Part shown: positions 53,335-64,000 of the stretch, one piece after another
Layout of the letters: the number at the start of each line of letters is the position of its first letter
Position numbering within the stretch: the first letter of the stretch is position 1
DNA from: Eledone cirrhosa
Lineage: Eukaryota
Assembly (NCBI GenBank): GCA_964016885.1
Contig: OZ024740.1
Coordinates: forward strand, 379,378,001-379,442,000
Direction: 5' to 3'
Length of the DNA stretch: 64,000 bases
Position numbers and translations under genes: made by a program
The notes under the pieces: model-generated
Databases searched by the model: none
Told to the model about the DNA's origin: nothing
Seen by the model: only the letters and a program-made list of their open reading frames with translations

Positions 53335-53909
53335 GGGTATCAAAAAATAAAAATGGTATTTATAGGTCTCTACAAGTGGTAGGAGAGGGTGGGGAGTGGG
53401 ATGGGTGTAGGTCATTGGTTGATAGAAAAGGGAATTCATTAAAAGCTAATTCTACAAAGCTATAGTTTATTTTTATTTATTTATGTTTTTAGAGTAACAA
53501 GGGCAGACAGAATTCTATAAACAGGTTCCGGATGGCATACCATTCCTTGTCATTAAGTTTCTCTTAAGCTAACAGATGTCTATAAGATCAGTGGGGGGTC
53601 AGTCATGGTCGATAGAATTAAAGAAAAGGGAGATTCTTTAAAAGCTAAAATCATTAAGGTTCTACTAAGTGACAAAGGTTTAGAGAATTCTGTAGACAGA
53701 TTCAAAATACTGAGTGCATATCTTACAATTATCTTCGAACTTCTCTTAAACTAATCAACTATATGCCAAAAATCAACAGACACATTCACAAAAAAACATA
53801 CTCACTCACACACTCACGCGCAACCATAAACACACATACACATACACATATACACACATAAAAACACACACACATATATATAAATATATTTATATACATA
53901 CATATACAT

Positions 53910-53976
<67 letters not shown>

Positions 53977-53996
53977 TATACATACACACTCACATA

Positions 53997-54038
<42 letters not shown>

Positions 54039-54132
54039 TATAAATACACTCACACACATACATACAAACACAAATATACATGTGTATACATATACACACA
54101 AATACACATAGATATATATACATATATATACA

Positions 54133-54202
<70 letters not shown>

Positions 54203-54274
54203 TACACATACATACATATATATATATATAAAACACATACACACACCTATATACATATACACACACATACACAA

Positions 54275-54330
<56 letters not shown>

Positions 54331-54541
54331 ACACATACATACACATATATATATATATATATGTATATATACACATATACACTCTAAAAACATAAATAAA
54401 TAAAAATAAACTATAGCTTTGTAGAATTAGCTTTTAATGAATTCCCTTTTCTATCAACCAATGACCTACACCCATCCCACTCCCCACCCTCTCCTACCAC
54501 TTGTAGAGACCTATAAATACCATTTTTATTTTTTGATACCC

Positions 54542-54592
54542 AGATTCCTGATGATTTCTAATGAATGAAACAGTTCTAGTCCTGTAGAATCT
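54542..54592 (+). ncRNA. Type I hammerhead ribozyme fold
   Basis: agattc-CTGATGA-t ttc taat gaa t-GAAA-cag ttctagtc ctg-TA-gaatct: 6-bp stem I, stems II and III, GUA cleavage triplet. Confidence 0.8.
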
Positions 54593-54607
54593 CATCTATA
54601 TTAAAAC

Positions 54608-54638
<31 letters not shown>

Positions 54639-54767
54639 ATTATTATTATTATTATAAATGTAAGCTATCCCCGTATATTGACTAAAGAAATTAAAGAAAT
54701 TATTTAGCCTGATAGCGGGGTTAAGAACTCGCGGAGAAATGGAAAAAGATTAGTATTGAGGTATACT

Positions 54768-54804
54768 ATGCTGACGATAGCTAATAAGCTTGAAACTAGT
54801 ACAT
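54768..54804 (+). ncRNA. Minimal hammerhead fold with palindromic stem III
   Basis: atg-CTGACGA-t agct aata agct t-GAAA-ctag-TA-cat; ACTAGT palindrome typical of dimer-forming PLE hammerheads. Confidence 0.7.
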
Positions 54805-55152
54805 CGTTCCTGTGTCAGTGTTGAACAAAAGGGCGACGATGGTTGCCGAGCACTGTACGTCATAATTCGGGCTGTTTGTTTACAAACAAACCGAACATTA
54901 TAATAAATGTTCGGTAAACCCATACGTACATATATATATATATGTGTGCATGTATGTATATATATACATTAGACATAGTCACAGATACATATAGTTACAT
55001 TTTAAACTTATAGCTTCGTTTAAATGATTTTTATGTGGTTGATTTATACGGACTAGGAAGAGGAAATACTGTATATATTTTATCTAATAGTTCTTCAATC
55101 TTGCAATTTTATATATATATATATATATACACAGTATATATATATATATATT

Positions 55153-56290
55153 ATTAAAATATAGAGAAAAATACTGCAGGTAGCACATGGTAACATGTAA
55201 TAAAATACGTCCCTCATCAGTGATTTGCCGAAGATCATAGATATTTCATTGCATTAAAAATCATATATCTCACTTCGGTGCAATAATAACCAAAATAAGT
55301 TATTAGGACAATTAAAACGCGTAAAGCGAGTGAGACAGGAGAACAACAGAAAAGATAGCATACCGTGGGAGAGAAACAAGCTTCAAAAATTATTCTGTTA
55401 GCGTAAGCTAGGTGAATATATGAGCGCTAGGGAAAGAATAGTCCAGCACGAACGAAGGCCATTGAGCAGAGAGAGAAAAAATAGCGTCCGTGAGTGCAGG
55501 ATGAAATGAAGAGAAGAGGGAGAAAAACAGTGAGTGAGTGAAAGTGTGAGGAAGAGTTAACGGACAAGACAGAGGGGGAGAAACAGAGAGAATGGGGGAA
55601 CAGTAAGAGAGAGAGAAAAAACACAGAATCGCAGTGGTGAATATATGTATTAAAATATAGAGAAAAATACTGCAGGTAGCACATGGTAACATGTAATAAA
55701 ATACGTCCCTCATCAGTGATTTGCCGAAGATCATAGATATTTCATTGCATTAAAAATCATATATCTCACTTCGGTGCAATAATAACCAAAATAAGTTATT
55801 AGGACAATTAAAACGCGTAAAGCGAGTGAGACAGGAGAACAACAGAAAAGATAGCATACCGTGGGAGAGAAACAAGCTTCAAAAATTATTCTGTTAGCGT
55901 AAGCTAGGTGAATATATGAGCGCTAGGGAAAGAATAGTCCAGCACGAACGAAGGCCATTGAGCAGAGAGAGAAAAAATAGCGTCCGTGAGTGCAGGATGA
56001 AATGAAGAGAAGAGGGAGAAAAACAGTGAGTGAGTGAAAGTGTGAGGAAGAGTTAACGGACAAGACAGAGGGGGAGAAACAGAGAGAATGGGGGAACAGT
56101 AAGAGAGAGAGAAAAAAACACAGAATCGCAGTGGTGAATATATGTATTAAAATATAGAGAAAAATACTGCAGGTAGCACATGGTAACATGTAATAAAATA
56201 CGTCCCTCATCAGTGATTTGCCGAAGATCATAGATATTTCATTGCATTAAAAATCATATATCTCACTTCGGTGCAATAATAACCAAAATA
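55153..56290. repeat. Tandem repeat, ~496-497 bp unit, ~2.3 copies
   Basis: Units start at 55153, 55649 and 56146, near-identical; bounded by (TA)n; diverged copy at ~56670-56950. Confidence 0.93.
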
Positions 56291-56295
56291 TATAT

Positions 56296-56391
<96 letters not shown>

Positions 56392-56634
56392 TTTAAAAAA
56401 TAAGACTCCAGTTACATTTTCGATTTCATCTTTTTTTCTTTATATATATATATATAAAGAAAAAAAGATGAAATCCAAAATGCAACTGGAGTCTTATTTA
56501 AAAAATTTATATATATATTTTTTTTTAAATAAGACTCCAGTTGCATTTTCGATTTCATCTATTTTTCTTTATACTTCCACTCGTGTAGGACACCTCGGTT
56601 ATTTTTCATTTTGTAAAAAAAAACTCACTTTCTA

Positions 56635-56668
<34 letters not shown>

Positions 56669-59208
56669 GAAAAATATGGGGAGAAGAATACTGCATGGTT
56701 GCACATGGATAACATGTTATAAAATGAGTCCCTCATCAGTGATTTGCCAACGGTCATTAGTATTTCATTGCATTAAAAATCATATACCTCACGTTGGTGC
56801 AATAATAACTAAAATAAGTTATTAGGACAATTAAAACGCGTAAAGCGAGTGAGACAAGTAAACAACACAGGGGAAAGCTAACCGAAGATAGGAAGAAACA
56901 CAAGCTACATAGTTATTCTATCAGTATAAGCTGGGTGAATATATGAGCGAGTAAGAAATAGACCTTTCGCGATGAATCCGATGCAAGAAAGAAGGAAAAT
57001 CGTTTTCGCAGCGAACGGGGGGAAGTGAGAAGGGGAGAATGTTGATCGACAAGTTATTTGGTTTTGAAAAATGTTAGCTTCTGAAAAACATTGTTTCCTT
57101 CGGATTGCCTAATTTCTTTGTGAATCGATTCAACCGTTTTGTCTAGAAAATATATTATGATTTATTTATCAATGATGCAGCATATTTTGTGTGGCGGTAT
57201 CAAATATACGTACAACTGATTTCAGTTTAATAATAGTTAAATGGGCACCCAAATACATATGAGTATTGAACTAAATAAGTACTAGATCTTAGAGTGTTGC
57301 CATTGATACACTAGTGTTCTATCTAAGTTGTAAGTGTATCTCATATCCACTTTACTTCATAAATCTACTAGATACGGAAATAGATTATATATCGTGCATG
57401 TTTATTTCATATATTTTAGTGTTATATGGGATTTTCAATTGCCTGGAATCACGAATCGAAACTTTCACACGAACTTCAGTATATGATAATTTATTTATAC
57501 TGCACAGCACATTATCGTATATCAAATTAATATTGAAATTATATTGAATGGAGGTAAGTTGATAGGAACAACATAACACTATTGTAGATATCTTAAAGTA
57601 TTTAGTTTTAGCATTCTACATTAAAATCTTACTACTGCATGTTAACAGTACCATTTATGTATTGGTTTTCATTTAATCTATTAATACACTTCAGCCGTGC
57701 AAACATTGACTGTGTCTATTTTTAAAAAAGCATATATATTACTCTCGCTCCATCAAGTAAACGCATGAATTTTTACACCATTATATTGATTGAATGAGAA
57801 TTGTTGCATCATAATACATGGCGTATATTTGGTATAGTCACATGAAAATTGGTGAACTATGATATCAGAAAATCTTTTGTAAATGATTAAAACATCAAAT
57901 TGGTAGCCATTTGTACATGTTGATTGTAGTAAACCAGTTATTATTCATAGCCCATATGCAAAAGAAATGCTTACACCCAGCTGCTTGGCTGGCCAAGACT
58001 ATTAGAAACTCTTATTTGAAGATTACTACAAAAGTATCAGCTGGTTTTCTTCTCCATCTCTGTAGAAAAACTCGGAAGAACTGTGTATTCTCATGTAATT
58101 TGTTTAAAGCAGGGTAGATTGAATCTGGATTATATGTATCTTGATTATGTACACAGTGCCTCGCTGTTTATCCCTAATACAAAGCTTCGACCCTCTGACT
58201 GGTAGTTCAACAAGCTATCGATTGCACAAACTTCATCTTACTGCAAACTACGAAAAAGTCAATATCTGGCCATATCAATAACATTTGTGCATGCTGGAGA
58301 ATTAATATAGATACCATTGCATTTCATAGTATATCACCAATAGCTATATTGAAACATTCCAATAGCTAATCTTTTAGATATGAGATGGATTTCATAGCGA
58401 ACTCTGAGATTTTGTTTTTAAGCGTTATGTAGAACTTTGATATGGTTCGTTAACCGTTCTGAAACGAATGAGTAATTATAAATGTCTCCATTGATCATGT
58501 GTCGGACAACAATCAGTTCCAGTTTTTCGAACAACGAAACAGCCTGCTCGTGAAATAAATGTGCAAGTGACTAAGCATTCCATACAGCCACTCACCTTTG
58601 ACATAACTCTCAACGAGATTCAGTGTGACATAGTTAACTAGAGAAACGAGAAAAAAGTTTTCCTGCTCAAATCACAATGCTTCAACAGGAATCGAACTCA
58701 CAACTTTATAATTGCGAGCCGAACGACCTAACCACTACGTCATATACTTTTAATTGTTTTCTCTGCAGTAACATCGAATCTTCACTAATTCAGAAAATGT
58801 ATTAAAATATATTGAACATATTTCTATTCGTCATTCGTTGCATAACAACGAATGAGAAGAATGTCCAATTATAGGTTTTTCCCAGACATGGGGTCTCAGA
58901 TATACAGATAAAAAATTGAGAATGTGTAGTATCCAAAATTGTGTAGAAAGAAATTGATTAAGCTTCAAGATGCACCAGAATATGTTAGATGGAGCACCGA
59001 CAGATTGTTTACACTGATCGCTTGTTGTTCCAATGGACTTTGTTCCAAATGGATTCAAACCAGTTTAGTTATTTTATATATGTGTGTGTATTTATATACA
59101 TAGTATATATAATAATAATAGTAATAATAATAAATGTGAAGACTGAAATCCAAAGAGGGTTCGATAAGGATAAATATATATCAAATATATAAGAACGCTA
59201 GAGCAAAT

Positions 59209-59349
59209 ATTTATTAAAATAACAGATTAAAGTTTAAGCAAAGAATCGCTGCTTTCACACTTAACGGAATCTTCTGAGTTTCTGAAGATCCCGTTAAGGG
59301 TGAAAGCAGCGATTCTTTGCTTAAACTTTAATCTGTTATTTTAATAAAT
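59209..59349. repeat. Fold-back hairpin with CTGAAGA...GAAA near the apex
   Basis: ~66 bp arms around the loop tgagtttct. Confidence 0.88.
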
Positions 59350-59396
59350 GAATACATATTATATATATATATATTTATATATGTGTGTGTATGTGT

Positions 59397-59525
<129 letters not shown>

Positions 59526-59652
59526 TGTATTGGTTGAGAAGTCAGTGGTCTTCCTTTGCATAGTGTTGGTAGGCGTTCACTGTTCACTCTACATCTTCCC
59601 GTATATCGAGTACTCACATGATTAGTGGTCTCTTCGGTCTCAGCACCACAGA

Positions 59653-59700
<48 letters not shown>

Positions 59701-59705
<5 letters not shown>

Positions 59706-60503
59706 TAGCGAGAATCGTATTTCGGCTTTGGAATTAGCGAAAAACAACTTTCGAGATGTGTGGCAAGCGCTCATCTGACGAACCAGAGCTACAACATACG
59801 TTAAAGGCCAAACACACTGAGACGATGGTTAAACCGTCATCCGCACAGCCATAGAAACGACCAAGTAATTCGGGTCAAACAAATTAAAAAATATGTGATT
59901 GAAAAATTTACCCGGACCCCTGGATGGTTGGTAAAATGGTTTCTGCGACTGCTAAATCAAGTACTGTCCGCTTAGACAAATAATGTTAGGCTTCTGGTAA
60001 GATGATTGAACAAGGAAGTCACTTTCTCAACAGGTTTTAGTTCAAGTGCCAGGCAAGGAATGACCGTTACCGATACCCACGTGGGGCTCGACAAGGGAGG
60101 CAACCCTTATTTTTGGCGGATGAAATTCAGTATGTGTATATTATTGCAAAAATGCAAAATATCACGAATTAAAACGAATTAAGCTCTCAACAGAATGGTT
60201 ATAAGTTAACAAAAGCTATTCATCAGTCATTAGAATCAACTAAAAAAATCAAGAAAATTAACTGGTCCATAGCTAGACTCTGGAGATTAATACAAATATA
60301 AATTAGCGAGAATCGTATTTCGGCTTTGGAATTAGCGAACAGCAACTTCCGAGATGTGTGGCAAGCGCTCAATAATTCTGACGAACCAGAGCTACAACAT
60401 ACGTTAAAGGCCAAACACACTGAGACGATGGTTAAACCGTCATCCGCACAGCCATAGAAACGACCAAGTAATTCGGGTCAAACAAATAAAAAAATATGTG
60501 ATA
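59701..60503 (+). repeat. Direct repeat pair (~200 bp, period ~597)
   Basis: 59701-59900 repeats at 60298-60503; bounded by (TA)n; pLTR-like partial tandem layout. Confidence 0.85.
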
Positions 60504-60578
60504 TGAATAACTAACGAAAAACTAAGATTACATATATATATATATATTTAAAAAAACTGATTTGAATTCAAGTTATTT

Positions 60579-60681
<103 letters not shown>

Positions 60682-61206
60682 AAGGGAGTCGATATCCGAC
60701 GGGTGAGCACTTGCCGTTTCGAACTAAACTCCGAATCTCTGCGCTCTGAGCACAAATTCCCCGCTGAGGGTAACTTTCACTTTTATCATTTCGTGCTCGG
60801 TAGATAGGTCGACACTTACTCATTATCACTTTCTCTCCTCCTCTCAATCACTTCTTCTCCTCCTCTGGAAGAAATACGCTGTATTCAGAATTGGTGAATG
60901 ATACATTCCGCTTTGTTTAAAATACCCGACTCCATCAAGAGTAACGAGTTTATACATAGATATACACACACACATGACACCATTACTGTTAGTATATATA
61001 GTATATATATATATATAACCTTGAGCTGATCAGTGGCGAAACGCGCGTCACCAACCAATAAACGTAATGAAGGAGTAACCATTCGTCCTTGTTATCTTAT
61101 TTCATTATAATACACTCTGTCTAGCGCTACACTTCGACACTGAAGTGAACCTAAACATCGAGTGCTCACCCGGGTGAACCTACAGTAACTCCAAGTTACA
61201 CTCCCT

Positions 61207-61266
<60 letters not shown>

Positions 61267-62383
61267 TGGGGTTCATAGTCTTGATTTAGTTAAATTACTG
61301 TAAAATTAAAGTACTATATTAGTCCTCCTGCGCATGCTTGTGTGTGTTTGCAGACACATTAAACCCCAACGTAATAGAATGCAGTGTCCCAAGAATAGCA
61401 GTGCCCATGCTAGGACTGCCGTAACCTAATATGCTTATGCACATTTTTTGCATATATTATGTATTAATTAATCGCTACATGTTATGCAGTCCGTCCGAGC
61501 CGTTCAGTTGGCCTGTGGGTACAGACCGAGAGGTTATGTGTGGACTATGAGAATTGGTGCGTTGTATCCTTGAAATTGTATTATTGTTATATAGGCGTAG
61601 GGTAAGAAAAATTAAAACCTGTGAGTTACGAGGTGAAGTAACTGGTAATATGGATAAAAGGAAATAGTTTTTTCTACGACATGTATATAGAGAAAAGTAC
61701 ATAGTAAGAGTTGATTTACAGTAGTCCTGGCTTAGGTTTTCCGATGGGTACCTTATGATGATACACTTGTGTAGTCCAACCTCAGGAATGGTTATATGAG
61801 TCTGTATGGTTATGTATGAAAGTATATAAGTGTTATTAGTTAGAAGCTATGTTGGTTTGTAGAATTTAAATATTCTTAGGATGTTGTGGTTACAGTACAT
61901 TATAAGTTCTTGCTCTTTATTTAGAAGTGGTTGTTTAGCGACCATTACTTGGTTTCGTTTTTTTCTTTTGTTTTGTTTATTTTAGGATATTCCGTTCCAA
62001 GTTATATTTAATATATTTGAGGTTATATTTGTTAATTGCTTAGGATAATTTTCTCTTTGCTATATGCAAATAAGCAAAATCTATATAGGCTCTTGTGTAT
62101 TTTTATCTCAGTACCGTTTGAGTGATGAAAAACTATATTTTCTGTAATAGCGAAGCTCTCATATGTTTATTGCACATAAACATATCATATACTTCCTTAA
62201 TGTATATACATACAAATATGCAGTGGCGGACTGGCCAGGTTACCCAATCGCAAGTGGGCCCCAGAGGGCCCACGGTAGCATTGCAAGAGCCCACAGTAGC
62301 ATTGTAGGGCCCACTGAATATATATATATACGTTATTCCGGGTTGAATCGGAGGTAACCACAGTAAGTAAGGTACTCAATACA

Positions 62384-62430
62384 TCCTGATGATTTCTAAA
62401 GAATGAAACAGTTCTAGTCCTGTAGACTCT
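62384..62430 (+). ncRNA. Hammerhead fold of the same family, stem I truncated
   Basis: tc-CTGATGA-tttctaaagaat-GAAA-cag...ctg-TA-ga; the 5' strand of stem I is mostly replaced. Confidence 0.55.
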
Positions 62431-62434
62431 CATC

Positions 62435-62510
<76 letters not shown>

Positions 62511-62565
62511 GTGAGGGTTTTTTTACAAAATGAAAAATAACCGAGGTGTCCTACACGAGTGAAAG

Positions 62566-62981
<416 letters not shown>

Positions 62982-63150
62982 TTTGGTTGAGCACACTTCT
63001 CTGAGTGGTTTTGGGCTGCCCTTTCTAGCAGCTCGTCCCTCAGAGGCCACTGGTTCACTGCCCTTAAACACGCTGTGACTTCTCTCTCCCACGTGTAGCT
63101 GGACAGTCACTTTTAAAATTCTCTTAGTGTTGTCTGAAATGTATAGCCTT

Positions 63151-63230
63151 ACACACGCTGATGAACCGAGATTATTCCATTTCTGTCAACAAATTACTGG
63201 CGAAATATCTCTTTGGATTTGTACGTGTGT
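63151..63230 (+). ncRNA. Type I hammerhead-like fold with long stem II insert
   Basis: acacacg-CTGATGA-acc...ggc-GAAA-tatc...gattt-GTA-cgtgtgt; perfect 7-bp stem I, weak stem II. Confidence 0.6.
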
Positions 63231-63408
63231 TATATAGTTATAGAGGTATTTATTTACGCTTTAATTTATATTTTTAATTATCGTGTCTATAGTCTGCCTT
63301 TCATAGGTTATAGATTCCATACACTGGTGGTTTTTTCCCTGTTTTATTGATAGCGCACTGTATATCTCTCTCTGGTGTGTTACCTTTTCAACATATTGTA
63401 TTATATAT

Positions 63409-63447
<39 letters not shown>

Positions 63448-63522
63448 CACCACCTTCACCACTAATTGATTTGACAGATGTCTTTAACCCATTGATACCA
63501 AATATTATTTGGTCAGTAGTTC

Positions 63523-63597
<75 letters not shown>

Positions 63598-63670
63598 TAT
63601 ATATATATCCTTGTTTGTCTGTGTCTATATATGTATGTTTTCATGCATGAATGAATACACTAAGCTTTAG

Positions 63671-64000
63671 ATTTAGTAGAATGTACAACCCCTGATTGCA
63701 GCTATTTGCACTATCATATATTTTGGTTTCTAGTAATTCCCTGGGGAATTGGTTGACCAATTGCTTTGCTTAATTGTTTTATTTGTTTTTAAAAAATGTT
63801 TTTCTTTCTCTTAGATTTTAGGCCCCAAGGCTTTGCTTTAAAAAGATACCTGAAATCTAAGAGAAAGAAAACATTTTTTTTTAAATAAATAAAACAATTA
63901 AGCAAAGCAATTGGTCAACCAATTCCCCAGGGAATTACTAGAAACCAAAATATATGATAGTGCAAATAGCTGCAATCAGGGGTTGTACATTCTACTAAAT
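63671..64000. repeat. Fold-back hairpin running to the window edge
   Basis: 63671-63822 mirrors 63849-64000. Confidence 0.88.

Larger units (their letters stand above)
53270..54609. repeat. Inverted repeat pair carrying hammerheads
   Basis: 53270-53491 mirrors 54384-54609. Confidence 0.9.

Noticed and set aside
57060-59060. Possible exons of a second host gene in unique sequence
   Set aside because: No recognisable protein motif or consistent splice-phase chain.
62221-62316. Short cagtgg...ccactg element with an internal repeat
   Set aside because: The TIR is only about 6 bp, there is no TSD, and it is single-copy here.

Overview
AT-rich, microsatellite-saturated animal genomic DNA. The (TA)n/(CA)n/(GA)n density and repeat families suggest an octopod cephalopod (inference). 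One host gene is supported: the 3' six coding exons of a + strand transglutaminase (21738-38897; catalytic His and Asp visible; I did not find the Cys exon, so it is probably upstream of the window). The rest is mobile DNA: an intact RTE LINE (1044 aa APE-RT) plus RTE fragments, three R4/Dong-type RLE LINE copies in (CATA)n, two Naiad-like Penelope-like element (PLE) remnants, two tRNA-derived SINE families and a MITE. The most striking feature is about 15 short non-coding fold-back or inverted-pair insertions between (TA)n tracts. Many carry type I hammerhead-ribozyme folds from about ten unrelated sequence families, including a U3-A8 compensatory core variant and a recurrent U.U pair at the base of stem II. 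All folds were read by eye and none is experimentally verified. Most ORFs in the supplied track are microsatellite artefacts.
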